From: Haliotis rubra
Lineage: Eukaryota
Reading direction: 5' to 3'
Assembly (NCBI RefSeq): GCF_003918875.1
Contig: NW_025767309.1
Location: 62,001 to 126,000 of the forward strand
Length of the DNA: 64,000 nt
Within the stretch, counting starts at the first letter, position 1. Every line of letters begins with the position of its first letter. Shown here piece after piece: positions 22,501-36,419 of this stretch. The translations under genes and the position numbers were made by a program. The notes beneath the pieces were generated by a model. The model was given only the letters and a program-made list of their open reading frames with translations, did not search any database and was not told the origin of the DNA.

Positions 22501-25500
22501 TTTTAATCAAATGGGCTCAATATGGATTATCTCCCCTTGATCATTGACATGCCATTTATGTCGTTATGTATGACAACAAGTGGCCTTTTTTTACCTTTTC
22601 TCTACTTTGACATATGAATAATAACATTTCAGAGTATCTCGCTCAATTTCCTTTCTATGACTATTTTTGGAAATTGCATCGTACCAGAAACCATTATATC
22701 ATCTCTGATCCTACCTACGCTGTTCTCTAAATCCCCAAGACACATACCAAATCTTCTATAAAGACCAAGATATTCATATTTAAGCTTATGTCAGTCAGCG
22801 TTTTGTTTAGTGATGTGGTGATTTTTCACTGTTCACTGCTATTGTCTTGTAGGTTGCTGTACAGTTTGGCATTCAACACTAAAGTGATACGTAATCTTTG
22901 GTACACATGTGCCTCAGTATCCACACCAACTGTCACCGGGTGAGTACACATGGACACTCTTCATTCTGTCATGTGCCAGTTTGATTGTAAGTACATACAT
23001 AGCTGTGTATTGTATCTTTGTAAACGCTATAGTGCATGTGGGGACCTGTTATCTATCCACTTGCAGTGTGTCAAAGTGTTATAGATTATAAAATTATAAA
23101 AATCACAGCATAAGATTTACAAACAAACATCATAACTTCAAAATTAATGAAGCATGCATATGTATGAACCTGTATCAAATCTGTGTTGGTTATCAAAATC
23201 ATTTTTTGGTTGTAGGTCAAGCACATCCTTGATTCTGATGTTAGCTCGAGGTTTGCCGATGTTGAAGACGGATGTGAACCGTATTGTGCCACTCCTGTCT
23301 GTGTTTTGCTCTATGTTCAGTCACTCTCTCCTCACCCTACACGATGCTGACTTCTATGGTGATAATGAAGGTAATGCTATAATGTTGTATATTTGATACT
23401 GCTATATATCTGACAAGGGTCTATGAGGAATGGCTGGTCATGGGTTCTAAATACCTATGTTCATATTCTTCAAAGTGGTTAATACCCATGAAGATCTGGA
23501 TTAGAATTGATCTTCAGTGCTTGTCATAAGAGGCAACTAATGGGATTGGGTGGTCAGGCTTGCTGACTTGGTTGACACATGTCATTGTACCCCAATTGGG
23601 TAGATCGATGGTCATGCTGTTGATAACTGGAGTGTCAGGTCCAGACTCGATTATTTACAGACCACCGCCATATAGCTTGAATATTGCTGAGTGCAGTGTA
23701 AAACTAAATTCACTCACTCACTCAAAGTGGTAAATATCTTCAGCCTGTGTCACGTTTGGATCCTGTGTCATGTTTTGGATTTCTTCCCATGTATATCTTA
23801 GATCAGTAATCCCATGACTCAATCACTCATTCAGTTGTTTATCAACTCTAGCATATCTCAATGTCAGCCTCAATAATACAAAAACAGTTTTTATAGTCTA
23901 GTGAACAAGAATTCAAGACATGTGTTCTTTTAGTTACAATTTAATAGTTTCCTGGTTTTTCATGTTGCTTCTATTTAAAAACACAATTAGCAAGGGGGCA
24001 ATCATGGCCCAGTAGGGTAATGTGCAGCAATTTGCTGTGCAGAGAGTTATGTCCCTTTAGCATGCCAGAAACCTGTGATTGTGGGTTCAAAACCTGGTTC
24101 AATCAATATGAATTATGTTTCCAGGTTAGTCAGCATCTGTACTCATTGGTTTCACAAAATGGTAAAGTCTGGAACCTGCATCACTCCAGCTACTGTTAAA
24201 AGTGGCATTAAACCCAACTCAGTCTGTCACCTAGTCATGATGCAGGTATTGTTTTCATGTTTGTTCATGAGTGAAATGGTTCATGATATTTCCCCCCCAG
24301 GGCAAAGTACAAGCATGCCATTCAAAATAGAGGAGTTGGTTCCGATGAGTCGAGCACTGAGAGACGCCTGTCTTGGCATCATAGAACTGGCACACCCCGA
24401 TGCCAAGCGAGCTGTGAATGATGATTATCGAATAGCATTACAGAAGACAGGAATCAGGAACAGGGAAATGGTTGGGGAGGAGGAGGAAGAGGAGACACGC
24501 CAGTGGGCATACCTGTTTAAGGTGCCAATAAATATTGTCTCACCCATAACCATTAACAGGATAAGTTAAATTGTTAATTTATATACCATGATACATCCCT
24601 TCTGTGATTCAGACTTCGCTGTTACTAGTATTAGACTCTGTGATTCAAGTCATCATTGGGCCCACATCAGTTTCAGCATTAGTAGTAAGAATGTCATTTG
24701 AGATATTATAATCTTTATGAATGAATTTAGAGGATTAACTCTATGCTGTTGCAGGTTATTTCCAATTTAGTCCGACAGTTACATACCAGGAATTCCAGGA
24801 GGCCATACTGTTCATATGGTCATTGGTTGGCAGACCACATACAGATTAATGCAGATAAGGTAAAACTGGCAGAATGATAAACAACTGATATCTGTAATTC
24901 AGTAAATTTATCGACTAAATAATAAAATGATTATGATACTGAATTTCTACATAAAATCATGTATCTGTTTCTTGTATACATTCATATAAATGGATGTAAT
25001 TGAGTCAATATTGTCCAGAGTTTTAAATGAAATTTGAATTGCAGTAATGATTGTTTGGTTTCTACGACTTGAAGTAAGAAATGCACAAATATCTATTCTG
25101 TCTCTAGCCCTCACAGATTTATCGGGCCCAGAATGCTGTGTTTGTTAGGAGGCCATTTGGTGTTCTCAGGACTCTTACAAAGACTAACTTTGGTAAGTTG
25201 TTTAGAAAGCCAATAGACAGCAGAAGACATTTCAAAACATTTTGAGAAAACTAATTTAGGCTTAAGCAACGTTGACTATATGTAACAAAGAGTACCTATG
25301 GGGTTTTTTTCAAAGTACATCATTACAAATTTGTGTTATATTATTTCCCACTTTTGTTACTTGCAGAAGATGATGGACCACCATTGGCCAACCGGGATGT
25401 GAGGAATCTAGTCATTCTTACCGAGCTCCCATTTGTTGTCTCCTTTTTCGACAGGGTTAAAGTGAGTACTTGTCAAATGTCTATTAAATTCAAGTTATGC

Positions 25501-28500
25501 AGCTTACTGTGAATTCTGTTGGCATTTAGTATATGTTGGTCAGTTCAGGCATGTTGTGGTGACAGATATCTTTCAGGGTGATGAAGACAAATGAAGAGTA
25601 TTTTAAATTTACATTCTCAAGATATGTTTTAGAAAATGTCCATCTTTAATTACTGGTAATATATATAATGATAACACTGTATAATGACACCATGTTATTT
25701 ACCTGGTCCAACACTGTGTGAGTTGATTTGCAAAAGTAGCATTGATGAACTATGAACTTACACAAGTTCTAGATCATTCTATGATTTCATATTTTTCATA
25801 AATTTGAGGTATTTTAACATTGCAAGTGCATTAATTCCCATCTATTTCTTTTTTCATTTGACTTTGTCCATGAGGAATTGATATTTATTACCAGTATCTA
25901 GAACCAGCTTCCACAGGAGATATGTCTTTCGAGCTCCAATTAAATTATTTTACATCATCATCTTCCATGACGTCAAAATCAAATGACATTAATCTGTCTG
26001 CCACTGAAACTGGTTAACTGTACTTTGTACATTCAAAACACTGGTTATTACTGTTAACAGACTGAATAATTTCAAAGAATGATTTTGAATGATGATTAAT
26101 ATAATCTGAACCTCTTCCACCCTCACATATATAAACACTGATCAAGACATACCGATCAACGTAAAAATATCTCTGTCTATTTATTACATTTATCAGCCTG
26201 TCTTGATAAGTTTGATAATGGAGGACGTTCAGGTGAGATTCTGTGTGTATTGTACATGTATAACACCTGTACCTGCTGCTGCCTTCACAGATCCTGCAGC
26301 GCTTGATAAATGCTGACAAGGAGGAATCTCAGGGTGATATGTCCAACTTCATGATGGGTCCGTCAATCAATGTCATGATCAGGAGAAACTACATCTATGA
26401 AGATGCATTTGAAAAACTTTCTCCTGAAAATGGTAAGCGATCTGATGATCATATTTCATAGAGGTGAACCTTTATTAATCATCAGTTATATCAGACAGGT
26501 AATATAAGACGTATGTCTGTATGTTTTTAGATACGGTAGTATATATAGCATGATCTACTCCTTGAAGTCAACATTATTTGTATGTGTTAACAAGCAAGTG
26601 TCTGTTTAGTCAGTGTTTATCATGTCATTATTTCTACTTCCATCAAGAGCCCAACATGAAGCTGAAGATGAGGATACAGCTCATAAACGCAGCAGGTCTG
26701 GATGAGGCTGGCATCGATGGTGGTGGGATCTTTCGAGAATTCCTATCTGAACTTCTCAAGACTGGTTTTGATCCTAACAGGGGTTTCTTCAAGTATACAG
26801 TTGACAGACTGCTGTACCCTAACCCTCAGGCTCAGGTGCTGGTTGAGGACTACACCAAGCATTACTACTTTCTTGGTCGCATGCTCGGCAAGGTAGGACA
26901 ACTGCTGTGATCAGCTGGCTGAAAGTGTTTGCAGAAGTAGCTAGTTTCTGTTTATGTGAGACTGTCCTGACTGCTGCTTGCATGTTGCTTTCATCATACA
27001 CTACTCAACAGAAGTTAAAGAACACCCAAATTCTCCATATGATTATGGTCACTATTGTATATGAAAGATCAGGGGTTTTCTTTACTTCTTTTGATTAGTA
27101 TATGTTGATTACATAGATAATTATTCATGTCATGAAAGACTGATTTCCTAGCCGAGACTTGATCAATGTGGCCAGACCTTTGACACAGTTGGAATGCTGC
27201 TGAAAGCATTGTAAAACAACTTCCTTTCCACATGATCTGTTTCCTACCTGTCTTCTACAGCACTGTAATGTGCAGAGTTGTATCCCTTAGTAAACATGCT
27301 CTTATGTTTGTCAGCAAAATGAAATCTCCATTATCTCAATGATCCAGGCAAAATCTGTGTCATAACTTTGATCAAATACCTGCAATCTTGAAATACGGAT
27401 AACTCAGCCTATGATTGAGTCTCAGGAACTCCAGCATCCAGTGCGTTTCACTGCTCTTGGTATGGATATCAGCAGTTTTTTATTCTTATTTCCCATAATG
27501 CATTTGTTATTCCTGTTGCTTATTTGTGCGTCTTCTCCTTGTCAGGCAATCTATGAAAACATGCTGGTGGAGCTTCCCTTTGCCAGCTTCTTTCTGGCAA
27601 AGATGTTGAGTCGACATAGTGCCAATCTTGACATCCACCATCTGCAGTCAATGGATCCTGTCATGTACAAGTAAGTTATTCAGGAGTATCAGCAATTATT
27701 TAGGCCTTAGATAAGTTTTTGTTTGGTTTATTAGTCATCTGCCAAAATTCTGGTCTTAATTGTGACTTTAATAAAATAAATATAAGATCAATGAACAATT
27801 TACTTTTTTTCATGATTTGTAGGAACCTTTTATTCTTGAAGACATATGATGGGGATGTGTCAGACCTGGGTCTCGACTTCACAGTAGTTAACAGTGAATT
27901 CGGAGAGACTGTGGTAAGTTTGTACTAAAGTGACAAGCATGTCATAGTGCCAGTTACAAATGTTGGTAGTAAGTTTACAAGCCGATACAATTTGCCAGAA
28001 GACCAAAAACAAGAACAGATTTCCAGAAGAATATTCAGCATCTGCTTTGTATTCGTTCTGACACTTGAAACTTTATCAACTCTACTATTTAAATCAATTT
28101 CTTTTGCTCAATTTTTAGAATACTGTATTTCTGTGCATATTTGTGTCAATATGTGTACCCTGCCAATACTGCAATTATGTCTGAAGTACACGAGGAGAGC
28201 ATATATTTTCGACATGTTTTAAAGTTTATTGTTTTAAATTTTCTCATTATCAAATTTATTAATGAAATAGATTGCATTGATTTTTAGGTTCTTGTCAGAC
28301 AAGTTTGAAGTTGTGTGTCACTAAAACTTTCATCTTATCTCAGTTAGAAGAGTTGAAGCCTGGTGGGAAGAACATTGCTGTGACAGCCAACAACCGGATC
28401 GAGTATATACACCTCATGGCTGACTACAAGATCAATAAACAGGTACAGGAAATGGGATCTATCAAAAGCATGTTCTGTGAAATCCTTCATGCAGATGAAA

Positions 28501-30735
28501 GTACAAAATGACCTTTTGTCATGTTGAAATACAAGAAAATTAATCCTAACAGAACCACAATGTCTACTTTTGTAGCTGTTAGACATTTGCTAGGGGCAGA
28601 CCAGTAAACATTTGTGTTTAGCAAACCATGCTTGTTTTAAGAGGTGACTAAACAGATTGGGTGGTCGGACTCTCTTACTTTGTTGACAAATGTCATTGTA
28701 TCCCATCTGCGTTGATAATGCACTTAATGTCAGTGACTGGATTGTCTGGTCGTGACACAATTATATATAGACCTTCAATTATGTGGCTGTAATATTACTG
28801 AGTGCAGCGTTAAACAACAAAGCACATTTGGAGCAGATACATTGGAGATATTTAGTACTCACTCAGGTAAGTATTGCCCAAATCCAAGTTTAGATAATAA
28901 TATAACTTTGAAAGTTTCAGTAATCCATTTTCTTGTCTGCAGATCCTTCAATTACCTGTACTGTACAGCATTTCAACAAACACATTTGGATGGCTGATGT
29001 CATCTCTATTGAATGGCTTCAGATGTTTGATCCCACAGAGCTTCAGGTTCTGATCTCAGGTGCAACCGTCCCCATAGACACTGATGACCTTCGTCGTCAC
29101 ACAAACTACTCAGGTAGGATTCGTTGTAGTGAATTATACTTGGATTCTTTTGGGATTCCATCATGTTAATGCAGAATAGACATCTAATACCCTTCCTCCT
29201 CCTCTTCTGTAGTCTCAAAATGCCACAAATGGCAGTGTTACATAGACTGGGGCTTGTGATGTCAATCACTAGATTGTCTGGTCTAGATTCAATTTTCTTT
29301 CAGCCTGCTGTCATATTGTTGGAATATTACCAAGTAAATCTTTAAACAGACAGACAATACCTTAGCTCAATTGAAGTGTAACAATTCAGCAAATGTTTGA
29401 CAAGGAGGCAATGCAAGTATCAATGCAGAACAATCCCTTACATATAAGATGGAAGATGAAGATAAATTGAGAAATGGTATATGGTGGTTGTACAACAGGT
29501 CTCTAGCCCATGTAATATTTATTGGCTGAAATCTTCTAAATAATGTTCATTAAGGCAACTGTCCTTATCATTCAGTACAAAAATAACTTATTAACATTTA
29601 AAGTATCTGGTTTCTTGTATCACACTCCGTATTGTTTACTATGGCGATAGGTATCATGTTGAAGTTGAAACGGTTGAAACGAAGCGTATCATAATTTACA
29701 GTCCAACTGAAGGTTAGGTCAGTGGCCAAAATGATATCTTTGTAATAAGATCATTTATGGGGAACTTTTCAATTGCATACCAGTACACATATATTATGTA
29801 GTTTGTGTTTAGGTGTTAATGTATTCTGAACTGTAACCAGTATGTAATGGATACCACAGAGAGTGAAAGGTGTGTTCAGGTATTGTACATGTGTTCCAGG
29901 TGGTTACACTGAAGACCACAATGTCATCAAGATGTTCTGGAATGCTGTGGCAACGTTCACAGATCAGCAGAAACGACAACTCCTGAAGTTTGTCACCAGC
30001 TGCTCTAGGCCTCCACTGCTGGGTTTCAAGGTAAGAGGTTGTTGAGGCAATGTCAAGCAGCAGACATGTGATTGTTCTTACTTAGCTGACAAGACTGGAG
30101 TTTTCATAACTCAGTTTTGAATTGCTGTCTAATCATGCTCATATCATGAATATCCAATGCTGTCATTAAAGGTCCTCAAATGTTGGTGTACCAGTCTTCA
30201 AAGGTCTTTCTGTGTAACAAAATCAGAAATTTAATCATAATATTAAATGAACACATCTTTGATCATACAGCCTTTGCGCTAAACTTGGTATACCTAATAT
30301 TCATTAGAAATATTCTTAAAGATTCACGGGGCAGTGGGGTAGCCTATTGGTTAAAGCGTTCGCTCGTCACGCCGAAGACCCGGGTTCGAATCCCCACATG
30401 GGTACATTGTGTGAAGCTCATTTCTGGTGTCCCCCGCCGTGATATTGCTGGAATATTGCTAAAAGCGGCATAAAACCAAACTCACTCACTCACTCACTCA
30501 CTTAAAGATTCACATACATCAAGTTATGATCCATTCATGATCAGATCTGTGTCATGTATTGTAGGACTTGTACCCAGCCTTCTGCATTCACAATGCTGGA
30601 AAAGATCCTGAACGACTTCCAACAGCAAGCACCTGCATGAACCTGCTCAAACTGCCAGAAGTGGACGATGAGGTGATGCTTAGGACAAAGCTACTCTACG
30701 CTGTCGAGTCCGACTCAGGATTTGAACTGAGCTAG
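7589..30735 (+). CDS. UBE3C: HECT-type E3 ubiquitin-protein ligase E3C (spliced, 24 coding exons)
   Basis: N-term [24 protein letters not shown] motif IQAFFRG, HECT motifs [46 protein letters not shown] and C-term GFELS*. Exons: 7589-7654, 9346-9399, 12834-12908, 13399-13536, 14098-14207, 14705-14865, 15462-15648, 16016-16260, 21888-22015, 22121-22305, 22853-22939, 23216-23370, 24301-24521, 24755-24859, 25108-25192, 25367-25461, 26291-26432, 26648-26892, 27546-27670, 27823-27913, 28344-28442, 28943-29113, 29900-30030, 30565-30735. Exons 7 and 22 are locally garbled. Confidence 0.96.
8518..8921 (-). repeat. Two adjacent copies of a repeat ending in a tRNA-Arg(TCG)-like segment
   Basis: 8518-8662 and 8785-8921 are similar. 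Minus strand ...GGACAAGGTGTCCGACTTCGGATCAGAAGGTCC..GTTCGAATCC resembles tRNA-Arg, with a degenerate acceptor stem. Third copy at ~2545-2650. Confidence 0.6.
10922..11481. mobile_element. MITE with ~65-bp TIRs and 9-bp TSD (Mutator-like)
   Basis: TIR CATTCTCTTCCCACAGAGGTTACTCCTGTCATATCTTCCTAC...TAATACGGCC at 10922-10986 and inverted at 11417-11481; TSD GGTAATGCT at 10913-10921 and 11482-11490. Confidence 0.9.
11571..12111. mobile_element. Degenerate hAT-like MITE
   Basis: Ends CAGGGATAAAAATA / TATTTCTGTCCCTG; no clear TSD. Confidence 0.45.
12651..12813 (+). mobile_element. tRNA-head SINE family A
   Basis: Full-length copy just upstream of the UBE3C exon 3 acceptor; imperfect TSD ending CTTGTA. 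Confidence 0.88.
13039..13304 (+). mobile_element. SINE family B (RUDI-like), full length
   Basis: TSD ACTAAATCATGA (13028-13039 and 13305-13316); the ATGCTTGTCG...AGGCGACT hairpin module is internally duplicated. Confidence 0.9.
16667..17717 (+). pseudogene. DIRS ORF1 (gag-like), fragmented
   Basis: N-terminal Cys-rich CIRC...DPHLLCPNC...[10 protein letters not shown] finger followed by Ser/Lys-rich region; broken into 3 ORFs by stops and frameshifts. Confidence 0.75.
17695..19653 (+). pseudogene. DIRS ORF2: reverse transcriptase / RNase H / Dam-like methyltransferase
   Basis: [33 protein letters not shown] (RT); [28 protein letters not shown] (RNase H); DLFATKFN and YAFPP (MT). Single frame with premature stops at 18277-18279 and 19228-19230. 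Confidence 0.93.
19356..20727 (+). pseudogene. DIRS ORF3: tyrosine recombinase (overlapping ORF2), disrupted
   Basis: [31 protein letters not shown] (catalytic R), FIAKNQ, CPVRAL..YL, PHEVRA (HxxR), FANHYL (Y). Frameshift near 20060 and stop at 20575-20577. Confidence 0.92.
21641..21814 (-). mobile_element. tRNA-head SINE family A
   Basis: Family match; TSD TTTTGCAAATGA. Confidence 0.85.
23484..23723 (+). mobile_element. SINE family B (RUDI-like)
   Basis: Family match; TSD-like TCAAAGTGGT(T/A)AATA. Confidence 0.85.
30328..30500 (+). mobile_element. tRNA-head SINE family A
   Basis: Full-length copy; TSD CTTAAAGATTCAC. Confidence 0.9.
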
Positions 30736-32651
30736 TAATTGGTCCACAGAATCATATCATAATATGAACATACAAACCATGAGAACAGTCCCTGGATGAT
30801 GTGATTATAACAAACTTGCTTACACACAGGATGGATTGCAGCTGCTCTTAAGAGACTTTGTGATACACTGTACATATTTAAGGCCCTTGGATGTGTAGGT
30901 TGTGTCTGAGATAAAGATTCTCATGCGGACATGTTATTCTGGTGCTTTGAGAATAGTCTTTTCAACTCGGACATATCACAAAGTAGGGCCAAATTTCAGT
31001 ACGCAATTACACAGGATTCATTGTGTGTATGTTATATATGTATGCTGTAGACTATATTTCACGTCTCCCATCAATGTCTCCAGTTGACAACCTGTTTGTA
31101 ATACTTGTTCCTCATCATCTACCCATCAAAGCTAAGACCCTGAAACTAGCTGGACTGGTTTGTTTAGGCCTGTGACTGCTGGATGTGGTTTGTTCTTGTT
31201 TCAGCTTGTTAAATGACTGCTGCATTCATCTCCCTGTGTCATTAACCAAGGCTGAAGTTGTTTGCATGTCATAGGCTAGTACAGCATCATACGTGAATGT
31301 TTGTTTAAGCAAGATTACATGATCAAAATATGATTATGAATCAAAATCATTTGAATGGCACAAATACTGGAACTTTTGGGAGAAAACAGACTGAATTTCT
31401 TCATATATTAATAATTTTTATGTTTTGTTTATTCCACTGTTTTTACAATGTGATAATTTCTAATTTCAAATCTCATTTGAACCACTGTTTGAAATGAATA
31501 GTACTCTAAAAGTATTTGGTTAATTTTCACCTACGAATTGGCAGTGCTTTAGCATGATTACATGATTGTCAGAGTAAAAAATCTTTACAAAAATAGGAAT
31601 CAGTTTGATGTCAGATTCTGAGTAATATTGGACAAAAGCCATGATTCAGAGACTTGTCCAATCCTTTTCAAACAGAAGATTTAGTAGTGAAACCAGTTCA
31701 GTACTGTTGGTTATGATCTGCATACAATGGAAATATATGATCTTTTTGAAGGGTACAGTGTGTGAATATTTGATAATTTGTATTTATACATGTTGAAGAT
31801 AACTAGTAAATAGTAATGTTTGTTATTTTGACATATTGTCTATTTATAAAGTTCACGTAATCAAATTGTTCTGTAATAAAGTCACAAATGAGCATATATC
31901 TGAATGAAACTTGTTTATAGTAAACAAGTTAGAGCTGTATATTTGTAATATTTGCATATAAATAGCACAAACCAAATTATTCTGCTAACTGTATATAGAA
32001 TATTTAGACCACATATTTATTTTTGGTTGGTTTACAAACCTGACCTACGAAATCCCCCAGAAATTAGAAAAGACTGACTTTCAACCAAATCATTGTTTGG
32101 CCATTTCTGTTTTACTACTGGTTGGAATGAAGAAACACAAGGGTTTATCACCTCTGTTCATAAGAATGGCTTATTTAATAATACATGTCTCAAAACCTGT
32201 ATTCTCACAAAACAAAACCTGTCATTATACTTCAATACAGGGCCAAGTTAAAACTGGTTTGTTTCTTATGCATTAGTAGCAATACTAATTTTGAAGTTTT
32301 TTTCTGACCATTTACAGTGAATATGAGGCCAAAACTGTTGTAAAGCAGCTAAATAGAAATAAGGCCTTGCAATGCTTCAGGTAAATTATTATGTCTTGAA
32401 ATGTTTGATATCACTTGACCACTTATTTCCATTGTCAACATTTACACCTCATTATCAGTCGTGCTTCTCCTTGAACATAAATGTGATGTGTGAATTTGTT
32501 TATGTTTACTTTGATTACTGACAAACTAGTTCATGAACTGTCTTATGACAAAAACTGCTTTTTTGTGTACTCATTGAAGTGCTGTGGTTTTGGTAAGGAA
32601 TGTTAAAACCGTTTAATCACATTCCGTGTTGCTAGAGGGGCTCTTGAACCA

Positions 32652-32817
32652 GGGTGGCGATGGGGTAGCGTAGTGGTTAAAGCATTCGCTCATCACACCG
32701 AAGGCCCGGGTTCGATTGCCCACATGGGTACAATGTGTGAAGCCCATTTCTGGTGTCCCCCGCTGTGATATTGCTAGAATATTGCTAAAAGCTGCGTAAA
32801 GCCCAACTCACTCACTC
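32652..32817 (+). mobile_element. tRNA-head SINE family A
   Basis: Family match; TSD-like CTCTTGA. Confidence 0.87.
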
Positions 32818-34892
32818 TTGAGCATGGCTTCATGCCTACTTCCAGTCTAGGTTTAGATACCATATTAAGTGCACTGTCTGAGAGGGACCTGGTTATACTT
32901 TGTACCCAGCTCCCATATTGGGAGTGGCCTCATACAGCTTGGCACACTGAAGTGGACGACAGCATGCCATGATAGCTATTCAGCATCAGACATTGTTCAT
33001 AATATCAATCACATGTTTGTCTCCCCCTGGGCACTACAGCTTAGGTCCCCAGTAACCAATGCTGGTTGTAAGAGGCAGGTCAATGATTCTAGAGGTCAGG
33101 CTCAGTGTCTTGGTTGATGTGGCGTGTCATCTTACCCTGACAGTGTGGATCGTTTCCCAGTTAGCCATCACTGGATTGTCTGGTCAAGATCAAGTGCTAT
33201 GATGCCACCATCATATGGCTCCTGACTATGGCACAAAATGTCAAATATTTGAACAAAATGGAGTGCACCAATTGACAAGAGCATGATTGTGTCAACATAA
33301 TCATTCTGTAAGAAAGTTCACTTGATAATACCTTGCACTTAAGCACTCATGCCATAAAGATGGTGTTGATTGGCAAAGCTAATGAAAGATGACAGACTAA
33401 CCTGTTTGTCTTCATGATAATTGTACACGTTTCATTACCGCAGAGTCCATCGATTGCCTGCATCAATACATTACTGAGTTTGCAATCCCTAACGTTCCTG
33501 TAGACATATATATGGTTGGGGAGAAGCACCACTGATGCTCAACTGTGCATGCTTGATATTGATGACTGTCTACACTTGTTAATTAACACCGTATCATTAT
33601 GGGGCTGTTCACCCATTTATATGGCTGCAAAAATGTTTAATGCAGTATTGAGTTCTCACTCTGATAAAGTAATAATTTTGTTATCACATTTTCAGATTAC
33701 AGCTGTTGGCTTGTTCCCCTTTCTTCTGCTCCTCTTTCCTTTATGGGGTAGTCTAGGCTTTAGGTTTTAACAAGGTTAAGTGGTTTAGATAGTAATGATA
33801 TAAGGTAGAAAGACACAGAGCCAAGCAGATTAGCTTGGATCAGTGAAGGCATAGTGTCTGGACAAGTTCAGTGTGTCAGAAATGTGAGTCCTCACTCGAT
33901 AGCAACATGTTCTCGAGTTCATTTATCACAAAGTTCATTTGTGATACGGTTTCACCATATCCTTCTCACATTTAAACTAACCACTATGACAGGACTAAAA
34001 TAGATTTAAGAATAGTGTTAACTTTAATACCCTCTCATCAAGGTGACATTTCTTCATTGTTTGTGTCATGTGCTTTAACTTGTATTGCAGAGTTGTGTCC
34101 CTTGGGTACTACACTCCAGTTGTGTTTGATGTGTCAGCACCAGCCCTGCTCATGTATTTTGTATTTTTGCAGTTTGTTGCACTTTGTCATCTTTCTTATC
34201 AAATCTAGCAACAAGAATGTTGGTTAAATCTTGTGAAAGGTCCCTTGACCCCTTGTGTGTATGTGAAGAACACAGTTCCATAGTGGCCAAAGCATAAGAT
34301 CAGTGATGTGTGATGATACACACTATCTATATTGTTCACGTGTAAAACCTTGCAAAGCCATGTCACCAATTACCTCATTGCAATCTTCTGTATTATGTTT
34401 ACAAAGTAGTTAAGATACAGTTTCCTCCTTATTTAACATCTGTTACTAGCAAATTGTTCCCACATTGAAATATTAAATATCGATTATTGATTGTAGATTG
34501 TAGATTTACTTTGAGTGACTATCACCATACATTCCATCAGTTAAAACAATGTTATGATACATTTCTTGATTATACATTCACTTTAGTAGAGTGAATAGCT
34601 ATGATAACATTTATAATTCACAGGGCACTCTTTCCAAATGGAGGAATCATGAACTGTGTTAAGTTTTGCTTGCATGAGAATATAATTTTTATTAAATATA
34701 CTGTATGTATATGTAACTAGCACCTAATGGAAGATTGACACAGTTTCTTTATATCTAAGCAGACATGTATAGCCCAATGATAGCTATTTATTGGAGCTAT
34801 AGATATTAATGTGGAATATTTAAAAACTCCATGGAATTAGGATAGCTTTGTAGTTATAAATATCTATTCATCATGGTAGCTCAGGTTCACTT

Positions 34893-35630
34893 TTCCCACA
34901 TGGGTGAAATGAAACGACTAAGCCTCACCCATTTTCCCACATGGGTACAATGAGATGGCTAAACCCCACCCACTTCCCCACATGGTACAATGAGATGGCT
35001 CAACCCCACCATACCCGTGAAGGTCTAGGTTAGAATATTGATCTTCAGTAACATGCTTGTTGTAAGAGGCGACTAACAGGATCAGATGGACAGGCTTGCT
35101 GACTTGGTTGACACATGTCATCGGTTCCCAATGATGCTCATGCTGTTGATCACTGGATTGTCTGGTCCAGACTCAATTATTTACAGACCACCGCCTGGAA
35201 TATTGCTGAGTGCGGCGTAAAACTAAACTCACTCACTCACTCAATCAACCCCACCCACTTTCCCACATAGGTACAATGAGATGGCTAATCCCCACCCACT
35301 TCTCCAAATGGGTACAATGAGATGGCTAAAGCCACCTACTTCCCCACATGGGTACAATGAGATGGCTAAACCCCACCAACTTCCCCACATGGGTACAATG
35401 AAATAGCTAAAGTAAAACCCCACCCACTTCCCCACATGAGTACAATGAGATGGCTAATCCCCACCCACTTCTCCACATGGGTTCAATGAGACGGCTTAAC
35501 ACCTCCCACTTCCCTACACAGGTACAATCAGGCTGCTAAACCCCACCTACTTCCCTACATGGGTACAGTGAGGTTGCTGAACCCCACCCACCCACATGGG
35601 TTCAGTAAAGCTGCCAAACCCCACCCTCCA
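34893..35630. repeat. ~42-bp minisatellite (~11 copies) interrupted by a SINE B insertion
   Basis: Unit CCCACATGGGTACAATGAGATGGCTAAACCCCACCCACTTC; SINE B inserted at 35013-35244. Confidence 0.88.
35013..35244 (+). mobile_element. SINE family B nested in minisatellite
   Basis: ACCCGTGAAGG head, (ACTC)n tail, TSD-like TCAACCCCACC. Confidence 0.87.
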
Positions 35631-36419
35631 AGCATCTGACGTACCACTTAACTCTTGAGTCATTCAGTGTACACAGCTGGAACAAGTAAATTAAACTGGG
35701 ATTTTCACTTAAAATCATGACCATACTCATATGGTGAGGGCTAAGAGTTGCTTGATTTGTCATGCTTTGCAAAAACGAAAATGAAACAATTTAAATTCTA
35801 CATTGGCAATTCGTGGCATCGTATGTATGGCACTGAGGCATCCAAACGAGACTCAGTATCTGGCATACCAAGTGTGGTTGGAACCCTCCACATCAAGTTA
35901 ATCTAGTTATTAGTGATCCATCATGAAGTTGCTGCAGTCCTGCTGAAACGGGTGCAATATCTCATCCCTCCCTTGATCACTGCTACCTTTGCTAAAGACC
36001 CTGATTTCCTGCACCACACATGCCTGGTTCATGGAGCTCAGTTTTAATGGCCTCGATTTTGGCTATGTTTTGATGAGCTAAAATCAACTTAAAACACTAA
36101 GTCCACTGAACTGTATGCAGGGATCAGTTCTATTTAGTTTATGTGTAATATGATCATAACACTGCTTTTACACTATTTTGTCTGAATGTATTTCTTCGTC
36201 GGTGTATTGAAAGAGATGTGAATGATGATTGACTGGGACATAATGTTTATTGTATTTGCTGTGATGAATACCAAACACTGAATAAAACTACTTCAAACAC
36301 TAAAAGAGTCTTTTTTGTCTTGGATGCCAGCCAAAAATAGTTCTTCCCTGTGGTAGAGTTGAATAGAGGAGACAGATAAATGTTGAAAAACACATGAGAA
36401 TGTAGGGTAGATAATTCAA

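Noticed and set aside
30328-30400. tRNA-Asp-like gene, and similar heads in other SINE A and C copies
   Set aside because: They continue into SINE bodies with simple-repeat tails and TSDs, and the acceptor stems are not intact.
30736-36290. Very long UBE3C 3' UTR ending at AATAAA 36281
   Set aside because: An earlier AATAAA exists (31876), and the end cannot be determined without transcripts.
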